Notes: generated by a model from the sequence alone, not told the origin. 64,000 nucleotides of DNA from Octopus vulgaris (GCA_951406725.2 OX597817.1:84630001-84694000); one strand, 5' to 3'; positions 1-14,554 are shown, numbered from the stretch's first letter. Numbers and translations are program-made.

Positions 1-110
1 CACTCCAAGAGTGTAGTGGGTGCTTTTTTACATTCCACCGGCACGGGAGCCCATCAGGCGGCACTGTCATCAGTCATGTTCGGATGGTGCTTTTTACATG
101 CCACCGGCTC
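1..110 (-). mobile_element. RTE LINE 3' UTR fragment
   Basis: Reverse complement matches the RTE 3' UTR at 33060-33170 (aaaaagcacccactacactc). Confidence 0.75.
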
Positions 111-534
111 ATAGATATTCAAGTATCTATACATTTGAATATACTTTGCAACTGCAAAATAAAAACTATGCAGAATATTCCATAATTTTTTTCACCTACA
201 GTATCATTACCACTTATTTACTTTCACAAAAGATGTCTTGTATATGAGGTTCAAATTTATCCTCATTCAGTTTCAATGTAATTGAGCTGTACTTCATGCA
301 ATATTTACCAACTGTTTTTTACCTTGTTGTGATCAAAGCAATTCAATAGCATAAATCTTTTTTAATGAATTTAAGCAATTTAGATGTTTATAAATAATTA
401 ACAGGAGATGGAACTCAATGCTTTGTTGCCAATACGCTTCCCAAAATGCAAACAACCCTAACTTACAAAGCAAAATAACCTTAACTTGAAAACAAAAGAA
501 AGTAATGGGGTCACTTACCAGATAACATAATAGT

Positions 535-587
535 ATATAAATATATACATATAATACGTATATGTGTGTATATGTGTGTGCATATAA

Positions 588-621
<34 letters not shown>

Positions 622-708
622 CATGTGTGTATGTATACATATAAATATATATAACATGTGCATATATATATATATATATATACATATATGCATATATACA
701 TATATATG
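535..708. repeat. (TA)n/(TG)n microsatellite
   Basis: Directly visible. Confidence 0.95.
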
Positions 709-1042
709 AGAAATAACCTCTATTAAGTAATTAGAAAAAATTTAAATATACTATAATAAATATTATTCAAAAATGACTGAATTAAATAAACATTAATTTG
801 ACAATGTCAATATAATGTTTATTTAATTTAGTTATTTTTTTAATAATATTTATTATAGTATATTTAAATTTTTCTATATAATATAGATAATGTCTTTCAC
901 TATTGAATTACTTAATAGAGGTTATTTGTCTTAATTATATACATATATTATATATTGTGAAATTTGATTTAGAATTTCTAAATTGAATTTTTCCCTGTAA
1001 GTTTGGAATTATATTCCCTACTATTATTATTAATAATAATAT

Positions 1043-1045
<3 letters not shown>
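709..1045 (+). mobile_element. AT-rich inverted-repeat element, probably a PLE inverted pLTR remnant
   Basis: Arms at about 711-800 and 805-927 are reverse complements (aaataacctctattaagtaatt / aattacttaatagaggttattt), followed by a one-sided extension. Flanked by (TA)n on both sides, like the hammerhead-bearing palindromes. Confidence 0.5.
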
Positions 1046-1084
<39 letters not shown>

Positions 1085-1088
<4 letters not shown>

Positions 1089-1625
1089 TATCTTTTACTG
1101 GTTTCATTCCAGGGCTGAGGTCATGTTGGAGCACCACCTGTAGTAACTCGGTGTTCTTTTTGGTATTGTTCTTGGTGAAATAGCAAACTGGACAGAGCTA
1201 CTCCTCTTTGTGTTTTCTGCCACAGTGTGGGTTCATCTGGTATCTCATAGAAACCTGTCCCGACATTTCTTGAAAACTTGCACAACAACACCATGTAGAT
1301 CTCTAAGGTTGCCTGGCACGATGGTGAGCAATCGCAGGCCCTTCAAACAGAGACTATTGTAGTATTGTGTCCTTATTTTAGATGAGTAAGACAGGCTGTT
1401 TGGTACGATACAGTGCAATCCAGTTCAGGGATTGGTATAGCTCTCAATTCCACAATGGGAAACTAACATCATCCAATATATATAACACCGCATTTAACTC
1501 ACATCTTCACCTCTGGGAATAGACACTCAGGTCCTGCAGCCTCTCCCAGTAGGCTATCTTTTGCATCGAGTCAATCTTCTTTGTCTTGGTGCTGGATTCC
1601 AGAGAGTTCCACACTTTCTTTCATA
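1085..1625 (-). mobile_element. Degenerate CR1/L2-like LINE 3' end
   Basis: Minus strand reads IAYWERLQDLSVYSQ, similar to QLSYWERSKQLRLCS in 4563-5261. Tail ggtggtgctccaacatgacc...tgaaac resembles the LINE/SINE tail. Confidence 0.65.
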
Positions 1626-1665
1626 TTACAAATACATATATCCATCTATCTATCTATCTATATAC

Positions 1666-1905
1666 ATCATCATCGTTTAACGTCCGTTTTCCGCGCTAGC
1701 ACGGGTTGGACGGTTTCGACCGGGGTCTGGGGAGCTCGGGACTGCCCCAGGCTCCAGTCTAGTCTGGCAGTGTTTCTACAGCTGGATGCCCTTCCTAACG
1801 CCAACCACTCCGCGAGTGTAGTGGGTGTTTTTTACGTGCCACCTGCACAGGTGCCAGAGGGGTCTGGCATCGGCCACGTTCGGATGGTGCTTTTTATGTG
1901 GGGGG
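1666..1905 (-). mobile_element. RTE LINE 3' end with (GAT)n tail
   Basis: catcatcatcgtttaacgtccgttttcc... is the reverse complement of the 3' ends at 7455 and 33318. Confidence 0.85.
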
Positions 1906-2445
1906 GGGGTGCAGAAATATAGGGGAGCACCAGTGGGGAGGGGTGGTTCAGAGAAATGATGACAGGTTCTAGGCAAGTAGAACGTAGGATATCGAGAGAG
2001 GGGTAATGCATGGTGAAATAGCGTATTGAAGAGGGGGGTTCGAAGAGTAGACACCTATAATGGTGGTGGGAGAAGCGACATCCGGTATAGATGGAGAAAA
2101 ATATAGAGATATCCGGTTTTGGTGGTGGGGGTGGGCAGGGCGGGTGCACGATAGATAGATAGAGAAATTTGATAAATAGTTAGACAGATAGAGAAACATA
2201 AATAAATGGTAACCGAAGTGAAAATTAAGCAGACGCGAAGATACGAAGTTTGATTTTAGACGAATGAAGATAGATAGATAGATAGATAGAGAAATTAGAT
2301 AGATAGAGAAATTTGATAAATAGTTAGACAGATAGAGAAACATAAGAGGGAGTATCCGGTGTAGATGGTGAGAACAGTGTTCACCGGTATTGGTGGTGGG
2401 GGTGGGAGGGCGGGCGCACCGCGCATTGGGAGAAGATGAGGTTTT

Positions 2446-3518
2446 GGGAGAAGATGAGGTTTTAGGCGGCAGAAAGAAGACAGGATTGAGATGAAATGCT
2501 TTGCGGTGGTGTGAATAAGTTTTTGTGAGTGAAAGTTTTTATGCTTCAGCTAGCATTTGAGACGAAAGACAACGATAACGCTATTAGATGGGGATACAAT
2601 AATAATAAGGCTTGCAAAAACAATGAAAAGAGGAAACAGGTCGGGAACTTAGCTTGATGTTTTTCATCCTGCGGTATTGGCTAAGCCTGTGGAAGCGAGT
2701 GAAGGTGAGATATATACCGAGAGAGAGAGAGAGAGACAGTGAAAACAGAGGGAGAACCGACACCACATAGCGAGAGAGAGAGACATAGTGACACCGCACA
2801 TTGGGAGATGAGGTTTTAGGCGGCAGAAAGAAGACAGGATTGAGATGAAATGCTTTGCGGTGGTGTGAATAAGTTTTTGTGAGTGAAAGTTTTTATGCTT
2901 CAGCTAGCATTTGAGACGAAAGACAACGATAACGCTATTAGATGGGGATACAATAATAATAAGGCTTGCAAAAACAATGAAAAGAGGAAACAGGTCGGGA
3001 ACTTAGCTTGATGTTTTTCATCCTGCGGTATTGGCTAAGCCTGTGGAAGCGAGTGAAGGTGAGATATATACCGAGAGAGAGAGAGAGTGAAAACAGAGGG
3101 AGAACCGACACCACATAGCGAGAGAGAGAGAGAGAGAGAGAGACATAGTGACACCGCGCACTGGGAGATGAGGTTTTAGGCGGCAGAAAGAAGACAGGAT
3201 TGAGATGAAATGCTTTGCGGTGGTGTGAATAAGTTTTTGTGAGTGAAAGTTTTTATGCTTCAGCTAGCATTTGAGACGAAAGACAACGATAACGCTATTA
3301 GATGGGGATACAATAATAATAAGGCTTGCAAAAACAATGAAAAGAGGAAACAGGTCGGGAACTTAGCTTGATGTTTTTCATCCTGCGGTATTGGCTAAGC
3401 CTGTGGAAGCGAGTGAAGGTGAGATATATACCGAGAGAGAGAGAGAGAGACAGTGAAAAGAGGGAGAACCGACACCACATAGCGAGAGAGAGAGAGACAT
3501 AGTGACACCGCGCATTGG

Positions 3519-3522
<4 letters not shown>
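2446..3522. repeat. Three-copy tandem repeat with a ~360-bp unit, preceded by a GC-rich/GATA-containing segment (1910-2445)
   Basis: Units start at about 2446, 2803 and 3163 (gggagatgaggttttaggcggcag). They are near-identical except for (GA)n length. Confidence 0.92.
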
Positions 3523-3557
<35 letters not shown>

Positions 3558-3627
3558 TACTAATACATATATAATACATATATGCATATATATATGTGCA
3601 TGTATATCATGCAGATAAATACATAAT

Positions 3628-3665
<38 letters not shown>

Positions 3666-3729
3666 GTGTGTACACACATATACAGATACATACATATAGC
3701 ACATATGTATATATGTATAGATATATATG

Positions 3730-3762
<33 letters not shown>

Positions 3763-3833
3763 TTATATATACACATACGATACATACATAAATATATATA
3801 TTTCTATGTATACATATATATTTATATATATAT

Positions 3834-3996
3834 AGGCGCAGGAGTGGCTGTGTGGTAAGTAGCTTGCTAACCAACCACATGGTTCCGGGTTCAGTCCCAC
3901 TGCGTGGCATCTTGGGCAAGTGTCTTCTGCTATAGCCTCGGGCCGACCAAAGCCTTGTGAGTGGATTTGGTAGACGGAAACTGAAAGAAGCCTGTC

Positions 3997-4048
<52 letters not shown>

Positions 4049-4247
4049 ATGTGTGTGTTTGTCCCCCTAGCATTGCTTGACAACCGATGCTGGTGTGTTT
4101 ACGTCCCCGTCACTTAGCAGTTCGGCAAAAGACACCGATAGAATAAGTACTGGGTTTACAAAGAATAAGTCCCGGGGTCGATTTGCTCGACTATAGGCGG
4201 TGCTCCAGCATGGCCGCAGTCAAATGACTGAAACAAGTAAAAAAAAA
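3834..4247 (+). mobile_element. tRNA-derived SINE (family 1) with internal (TA)n
   Basis: A box tggctgtgtgg, B box gggttcagtccc, central cttgggcaagtgtc, 3' tail ggcggtgctccagcatggccgcagtcaaatgactgaaacaagt, then an A-tract. Several other copies occur in the window. Confidence 0.88.
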
Positions 4248-4339
4248 ATTTTTTTTTAAAAATCTATTTATATATATATATCTATTTATATATACATATA
4301 CGATACATATATATTTGTATGTATGTATGTATATATATA

Positions 4340-4374
<35 letters not shown>

Positions 4375-4499
4375 ATTTAAATTGAATTGATTATAATGTT
4401 ATCAGTTTGAAAATATAGCCATGAAACACGTGTAATCATTTTATCAATTATATACTTTTTATTTATAATTTTATACTTTACTTAATTGGTATATGTTTT

Positions 4500-6241
4500 T
4501 TTATTCTTGTTTCAGCTCAGAGCTGCGGCCATGCTGATGCACCGCCGTTTTGTGCTACACTGTTATAACGAAGAACCTCCTCTAATATGTGGCACTTGGT
4601 GAAGAATGGAGTTTGATATAACTACTCTCATTTGCACTTCTTGCCGTGAGGTAGGTTCATCTGGGACTCTCGACAGGAAGATGTCCAGCTTTGATTTAAA
4701 AACCACTACATCTACTTTGTGTAAGTTCCTCAGACTCTTTGGGAGAATATTAAAAAGCTGTGGGCCCTTGAAACCCAGGCTGTTGCAGAAGCTGGTCCTG
4801 AAGCATGATGGCATTGCTGGGATCTTTGGCACTATGCAGTGTCGTCCCGTTCTAGCATTGGTGTAGCTTACAATGCCAAAATTTGGCACAATTCCTTCCA
4901 GGATCTTCCAGACATATATTACTGCATACCTCTCCCGTCTTCTCGCCAGTGAGCAGAGTCTTAGCTGTTTCGACCTTTCCCAGTAGCTGAGCTGTTGCAA
5001 AGAGACGATCTTCTTTGTGAATCTTCTCTGGATTGCTTCAAGGTCCACTGTTAATTTCACACTGGTGGGTGACCATAGCTGTGAGCAGTAATCCAGGCAG
5101 CTGAGGACGAATGTCCACCAGAGGACCATCATGGTTTCCTTATCTCTGGTTCTGAATGTTCTTAGGATCCATCCAGCCAGTCGTCTGCACTTTGTCGCCA
5201 TCCTAGTAATGTGCACTTGGAAAGAGGTATCCTCACTCATGTCGATACCCAGGTCCCTCACAGAATCTCTGGGATTGAAATTCCCTGTGGACCAGTGTAT
5301 CCTGTAAGTTTAATATTCAGTTTTCGATGCTGGTAGCGCAGGGCCTGGAATTTTTCAGCATTAAACTGCATATTATTATCATCAGCCCATCTGTAGATTG
5401 AATCCAACTCCTGCTGCAGGTGTGCAACATCACTGGGGTTCTGTATTTTCTGCGAGACTTTCGTATCGTCTGCATAGCTTGCAAGGGTGGCTACCAGGGA
5501 ATTTGACGGCATATCTGAGAGGGTCACTATAAAAAGCAGTGGTCCCAAAACAGTGCCCTGTGGAACATCACTCACTATTTGTGTGTTCATAGAGGTGGCT
5601 CCATTAACCACTACTGCCTGACTCCTATCTTTCAGGAAGTCATATAACCACACTCCAAGTTTTCCAGCTATGCCAATGTCACACAATTTATGGCATATCA
5701 TACCATGATCCACCTTGTCAAAAGCTTTTGCAAAATCAAGGTAGATTACATCCACATTTGATTTGTTGAGTAACTGCCTCAACACCCAGTCATAATGTTG
5801 TAAGAGCTGGGTCAGGCAGCTCCTACCTGGTCGAAAACCATGCTGGGTATCACTCAGCAAGTTATTTTCCTCAAGGAATGTGATTAGTTTCTTTCTGACT
5901 ATCTGTTCCATGACTTTGCTGATGTGTGAAGTCAGAGAGATAGGCCTATAGTTTTTTGGCATCTGCTCTACTTCCCCCTTTATGTATTGGGTATATTATT
6001 CCCTCCTTCAGCTCGCTTAGCAGTTTGTCATTTGTAAGAAAGCTCTGGAAGAGAATCTGGAGGGGTTTTGCCAGGGCATGCTTACACGCTTTGAGGAGGA
6101 TTGCTGAGAAACCATCTGGACCAGCAGTTGAGTTTGTATTAACATCATCTATGGCTAGTAGTATATATTCATCGTTAATGTCAATGTATTCCATTGTAAC
6201 TGCCTCGCTGGTTATAGGTGAGGCAGCAAAGAAGTCCACAG

Positions 6242-6243
<2 letters not shown>
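4500..6243 (-). mobile_element. 5'-truncated, frameshifted CR1/L2-group LINE (RT and C-terminus)
   Basis: Consecutive ORFs 5946-6239, 5258-5962 and 4563-5261 contain NYRPISLTS, QHGFRPGRSC, YLDFAKAFDKV, PQGTVLGPLLF, YADD, RDLGI and LDYCSQLWSP. Confidence 0.92.
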
Positions 6244-6275
<32 letters not shown>

Positions 6276-6278
<3 letters not shown>

Positions 6279-7452
6279 TTTGTATGTGGCAGATGCTCGG
6301 GAGCATTGACCTCCGAAAATCTGCAGAAAACAACTTCCGTCACTTTCCAGGGGGAAAAACTAGAAGTAGTTGATAGCTTCCGTTATCTAGGTGACCAAGT
6401 CAGTAGTGGGGGTGGGTGCGCTGAAAGTGTAACTGCTAGAATAAGAATAGCCTGCGCAAAGTTTAGGGAGCTCTTACCTCTGCTGGTGACTAAAGACCTC
6501 TCGCTCAGAGTAAAAGGCAGACTGTATGATGCATGTGTACGAACAGCCATGCTACATGGCAGTGAAACATGGGCCGTGACTGCTGAGGACATGCGTAAGC
6601 TCGTGAGGAATGAAGCCAGTATGCTCCGATGGATGTGTAATGTCAGCGTACATACTCGACAGAGCGTTAGTACCTTGAGAGAAATGTTGTACCTAAGAAG
6701 CATCAGTTGTGGTGTGCAAGAGAGACGATTGCGCTGGTATGGTCATGTGGCGAGAATGGATGAAGATAGGTGTGTGAGAAAGTGCCAATCCCTAGCAGTT
6801 GAGGGAACCCGTGGAAGAGGTAGACCCAGGAAAACCTGGGACGAGGTGGTGAAGCACGACCTTCGAACGTTAGGTCTCACCATGGAAATGACTAGAGACC
6901 GAGACCTATGGAAGTATGCTGTGCGTGAGACTAGTGAAGCCATAACCCGTGGCCCCTACCTGGGACGTAGTCAGTCCACCTGTGCATACCTTCCTCCTTG
7001 TGACACTTGTGAAGACCTGTTGAGGCAAGTGAGAATCAAAATCAAATCAAATCAAACCAAATAAAAATAGATGAACATCAATGGAATTTGTATCCTTATG
7101 GGTGGCACATAAGAAAACCATCCGAACGTGACCGTAGCCAGTACCGCATCGACTGGCCTCCGTGCTGTGGGCACGTAACAAACAACATCCGAACGTGGCC
7201 GTTCGCCAGCCTCGTCTGGCACCTGTGTCGGTGGCACATAAGAAAACACCATCCGAGCGTGGCCGTCTGCCAGCCTCGTCTGGCACATAAAATCACCCAC
7301 TACACTCTCGGAGTGGTTGGCGTTAGGAAGGGCATCCAGCTGTAGAAACACTGCCAGATCTGACTGGCCTGGTGCAGCCTTCGAGCTTGCCAGACCCCAG
7401 TTGAACCGTCCAACCCATGCTAGCATGGAAAGCGGACGTTAAACGATGATGA

Positions 7453-7456
<4 letters not shown>
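6276..7456 (+). mobile_element. 5'-truncated RTE LINE (PHD family), 3' 1.2 kb
   Basis: ORF 6306-7064 is near-identical to the C-terminus of 29741-32722; same 3' UTR and (GAT)n tail. Confidence 0.92.
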
Positions 7457-7488
<32 letters not shown>

Positions 7489-7491
<3 letters not shown>

Positions 7492-7690
7492 GGAGTAAAC
7501 ACATAAATGTGAAACAAGGTGGAAAAAAGAGTACTCAAATACCAGTGGTAGAGTAATATGCTTTATTTTAAGCAGCAGAAAATTCAACAAAATCTGTTTT
7601 TGCTAGATTCTAGCAAAAACTGTCTGATGAACGGCAACGAGAAACTCAGAGTAACAGATTTTGTTGAATTTTCTGCTGCTTAAAATAAAG

Positions 7691-7691
<1 letters not shown>
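7489..7691. mobile_element. PLE-type inverted pLTR remnant (family H1)
   Basis: Inverted arms 7561-7606 and 7609-7690. Same sequence family as 37431-37750. Embedded in (TA)n. Confidence 0.75.
7618..7660 (+). ncRNA. Minimal type I hammerhead ribozyme (H1)
   Basis: AACUGU-CUGAUGA-A-CG(GCAA)CG-A-GAA-ACUC(A)GAGU-A/ACAGAUU. Helix I is CUGU/ACAG, the cleavage triplet is GUA and helix III is near-palindromic. Confidence 0.75.
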
Positions 7692-7752
<61 letters not shown>

Positions 7753-7904
7753 GCCGTTGTAGCAACTGCTTAAGGGATAAAATATCTGCATGTACTATCA
7801 GTATCCATTAACTGTGTTATCCCTGGGCAATGGTGATCATGGACACCATATACGTCGAGTGCAGGTAACAATAGGATAAACAAAAGTTTATGAGGAGCCA
7901 ATGC

Positions 7905-8575
7905 ATATAATTAGAAAATGGAGAAAACCATAGATTAACCAATACATCAATAGGACCACATTTAAAGCTTATTTTTTAATACAAAGCAGGACATAAAGCT
8001 AACAGCTGTTTCTGATCAAAATTCCCAGAATGCAGTATGTACATAGATATTTTATTTAGTAACCTACATCAAATTTTTCTAAGTTTACTGTTTAATATAG
8101 GTTTCACCTTTGAGGATTATATTAGTATCTTATTTATAAAGAGCTGGATATCCTCTTCCTTTAACACCCTGACACTCCACCCTCTTAACTGTACTCTCCT
8201 GTTAATAACTTGTAGAATTCCCTAGTCCTTTAATAGCTCATTCTATCATTTATGTTCTTTGAGTTCGGATGGTAAATAATTATGTGCACTTAACATTTTG
8301 CATCTTTTGGACTATTTGTCTAAACCATGTTTTCTTGCCCCTTCTGTCTCCCTTTTGTTTATATTTTATGCTCTTGTTTTACACTCTGATGAAGATCAGT
8401 AAACTTAATTCAAATGCCCTATGAAGGTGAATAAATTTTTTCTAGCATTTATATATAGTCTGCATTCTGAGAATTTTGATAAGAAACAGCTCCTAGCTTT
8501 GTATCAATAATAAGCTTTAAATGTGGTCCTATTGATGTACTGCTTAGTCAACATTTTCTCCGTTTTCTAATTATG
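7905..8575. mobile_element. Decayed PLE inverted pLTR with split hammerhead remnants
   Basis: 7905-8035 is an inverted copy of 8459-8575. Plus strand has CTGATGA-A-GATCA (8386) ... TGATAA-GAAACAGCT (8478). The minus arm keeps TGATCA-GAA-ACAGCTGT-T. Confidence 0.6.
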
Positions 8576-8610
8576 TGTGTGTGTTATACAGATACATATA
8601 TGCATCTATG

Positions 8611-8641
<31 letters not shown>

Positions 8642-8797
8642 TACATATATAAAATACAAAATGGGACGCGAACGCAAAACATCCAGGTGATACAAAAAAT
8701 GGGACGAGAACACAAAACATCCAGGAGATACAAAAAAAGGAACAACAAAACATCCAGATAGACGATAAATACAAAACAAGGTGTATGTACACATGAA

Positions 8798-8838
<41 letters not shown>

Positions 8839-9134
8839 GTATATCATATATATAGATCTGTATATATATATGTTATACAGATATATAAATGATACATATA
8901 TGCATACACACACACACACACATATATATATATACATATTTATACAAACACACATATATATGTACATGTATATATACATGTATATGTACACATATACATA
9001 TACATACATGTATATGTACATATATACATATATATACATGTATATGTACATATATACATATATATACATGTATATGTATATATATACATATATATACATG
9101 TATATGTACATATATATATATATACACATGTATA

Positions 9135-9172
<38 letters not shown>

Positions 9173-9400
9173 CATACATATGTATATGTACATATATACA
9201 TATATATACATGTATATGTACATATATACATATATATACATGTATATGTACATATATATATATATACATGTATATGTACATATATATATATACATGTATA
9301 TGTACATATATATATATACATGTATATATATATATATATATACATGTATATGTACATATATATATATATACATGTATATATATATATATATATACATGTG

Positions 9401-9825
<425 letters not shown>

Positions 9826-9839
9826 AAACACACACACAC

Positions 9840-9934
<95 letters not shown>

Positions 9935-9938
9935 TGTA

Positions 9939-10008
<70 letters not shown>

Positions 10009-10233
10009 CATGTATATATATATATACATATATATATATATACACACACCACCCCCCCACCACCACACACACACACACACCACACAACACACACATATAT
10101 TTATACATATATACATGTATATATATATATGTATATACATGTATATGTACATATATATATATATACATGTATATGTACATATATATATATATATACATGT
10201 ATATGTACATATATATATATATACATGTATATG

Positions 10234-10342
<109 letters not shown>

Positions 10343-10345
10343 GTA

Positions 10346-10394
<49 letters not shown>

Positions 10395-10397
10395 GTA

Positions 10398-10599
<202 letters not shown>

Positions 10600-10952
10600 T
10601 ATATGTATACATGTATATGTATATATATATACATATATATATATATGTACATATATGTATACATGTATATGTATATATATATACATATATATATATATAT
10701 ACATGTATATATATATGTATATACATGTATATGTACATATATATATACATGTATATGTATATATATATATATATACATGTATATGTATATATATATATAC
10801 ATGTATATATATATATACATGTATATATATATATACATGTAATATATATATATACATGTATATGTACATATATATATACATGTATATGTATATATATATA
10901 TGTATATACATATATATATACATGTATATGTACATATATATATACATATATG

Positions 10953-10983
<31 letters not shown>

Positions 10984-11015
10984 ATATATACACATGTATA
11001 TATATATATACAAGT

Positions 11016-11047
<32 letters not shown>

Positions 11048-11054
11048 ATATATA

Positions 11055-11095
<41 letters not shown>

Positions 11096-11413
11096 ATATA
11101 TATGTGTGTGTGTGTGTGTATATATATATATGTATATATATTTGTGTGTGTGTATATATATATATATATGTATATATATACATGTATACATATATATATA
11201 CATGTATATGTATATATATATGTATACATATATATATAAACATGTATATACATATATATATATGTATACATATATATACACATGTATACATATATATATA
11301 CATGTATATATATATATATATATGTATACATATATATATACATGTATATGTATATATATATATATATATATATACATATATATACATGTATACATATATA
11401 TATATATACATGT

Positions 11414-11495
<82 letters not shown>

Positions 11496-11596
11496 ACATG
11501 TATACATATATATATACATGTATATATATATATATATATATATGTATACATATATATACATGTATACATATATATATATCATGTATACATATATAT

Positions 11597-11640
<44 letters not shown>

Positions 11641-11892
11641 ACATATATATACATGTATATGTACATATATATATATATATACATATATATATATGTACAT
11701 ATACATATATATATATACATATATATATATACATATACATATATATATATACATATACATATATATATATATATATATATACATACATATATATATACAT
11801 GTATATGTATATATATGTATACATATATATACATATATATATACATATACACATACTTGTATATATATATATATACATATATACATACATAT

Positions 11893-12228
11893 AGGTGAAG
11901 GCACATGGCACAGTGGTAAGAGCGTCGGGCTTACGATTGTGAGGTTGTGAGTTCAATTCCCAAACCGGACTGTGTGTTGTGTTCTTGAGCAAGATACTTT
12001 ATTTCACGTTCCTCCAGTTAAATGAGCTGTAGAAATGAGTTCCAACATCAGTGGTGCCAAGCTGTATCGGCCCCTTTGCCTTTCCCTTAGATAACATTAG
12101 TGGTGTGGAGAGGGGAGGCTGGTATGCATGGGCAACTGCTGGCCTTCCATAAACAACCTTGCCAGGACTTGTACCACGGAGAGTAACTTTGTACATGCAA
12201 TCCCATGGTTATTCATGACTGAAGGGTG
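11893..12228 (+). mobile_element. tRNA-derived SINE (family 2, CORE-like centre)
   Basis: A box tggcacagtgg, B box gagttcaattccc, then tgtgttcttgagcaagatacttt. Confidence 0.75.
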
Positions 12229-12851
12229 TCTATATATATATATACATATATATACATATACATATATATACATATACATACATATATATATACATATATA
12301 TACATATATATACATATATATATATACATATATACAAATATACATATATACAAATATACATATATATACATATATACAAATATATACATATATACATATA
12401 TATACATATATACATATATATACATATATATACATATATACATATATACATATATATACATATATATACATATATACATATACACATATGTATACATATA
12501 TATACATATATATATATACACATATATATACATATATACATATATATATATATACACATATATACATATATATATATACACATATATACACATATATATA
12601 TACACATATATATACATATATACATATATATATATATATACATATATACATATATACACATATATATATATATATACACATATATACATATATACACACA
12701 TATATATATACACATATATACATATATACACATATATATATACACATATATACATATACATATATACATATATACATATATATATATACATATATACACA
12801 TATATATATATACACATATATACATATATACACATATATATATACACATAT

Positions 12852-12946
<95 letters not shown>

Positions 12947-13132
12947 CATATATACATATACATATATACACACACACATATATATATACATATATATATA
13001 TACATATATATATACATACACATATACATACATATATATATACATATACATATACATATACATATATATATATACATATATATATACATATACATATATA
13101 TATACATATATATATACATATACATATATATA

Positions 13133-13230
13133 CTTGTTTTATTTATATTTCCTGAGCGCCATACTAATACAATTGTTCGTTTGTTTTCCACCTGCCTTCG
13201 TTTTTGTCTATTTTCATAAAGCTTCCCGTT
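13133..13230 (+). mobile_element. Solo PLE terminal fragment
   Basis: Near-identical to 46192-46290, the segment downstream of the hammerhead in a Penelope element. Confidence 0.8.
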
Positions 13231-13430
13231 ATATATACATATACATATATATATACATATACATATATATATATACATATATACATATACATATATATAG
13301 ATATATATATACATATACATATACATATACATATATATATATACATACATATACATATACATATATATATATACATACATATACATATACATATACATAT
13401 ATATATACATACATATATATATATACATAC

Positions 13431-13461
<31 letters not shown>

Positions 13462-13472
13462 CATATATATAT

Positions 13473-13657
<185 letters not shown>

Positions 13658-13687
13658 CATATATATATAATATACATATATATATAC

Positions 13688-13932
<245 letters not shown>

Positions 13933-13983
13933 CATATAAATATATACATACATACATATATATATACATACATATATATATAC

Positions 13984-14016
<33 letters not shown>

Positions 14017-14020
14017 CATA

Positions 14021-14135
14021 CATCATCATCATCATCATCATCATTTAGCGTCCGTTTTCCATGCTAGCATGGGTTGGACGGTTCAACTGGGGTCTGGGGA
14101 GCCCGAAGGCTGCACAGGCCAGTCAGATCTGGCAA
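14021..14135 (-). mobile_element. RTE LINE extreme 3' end
   Basis: (cat)n followed by ttagcgtccgttttccatgctagcatgggttggacgg. Confidence 0.85.
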
Positions 14136-14414
14136 TACATACATACATATATATATACATACATACATATATATATACATACATACATATATATATACAT
14201 ACATATATATATACATACATACATATATATATACATACATACATATATATATACATACATACATATATATATATATACATACATATATATATACATACAT
14301 ACATATATATATACATACATACATATATATATATATACATACATATATATATATATACATACATATATATATATATATACATACATATATATATATATAC
14401 ATACATATATATAT

Positions 14415-14459
<45 letters not shown>

Positions 14460-14520
14460 CATATATATATATACATACATATATATATATATACATATAA
14501 TATATATATATATACATACA

Positions 14521-14554
<34 letters not shown>

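Noticed and set aside
505-530. Strong donor-like CTG|GTAAGT on the minus strand as a possible further CTCF exon
   Set aside because: Preceded almost immediately by microsatellite; no plausible acceptor or coding sequence.
2446-3522. 360-bp tandem units as a possible retrozyme
   Set aside because: Unit size fits, but I found no hammerhead core on either strand.
3836-3910. tRNA-like sequences with A and B boxes (also at 11900, 19160, 36995 and 46338)
   Set aside because: No complete cloverleaf; each continues into SINE body sequence and is repeated.
4385-4440. GAAACACGTGTA-ATCA, the 3' half of a hammerhead
   Set aside because: The CUGANGA box is missing; at most a dead remnant, so it was not called as a ribozyme.
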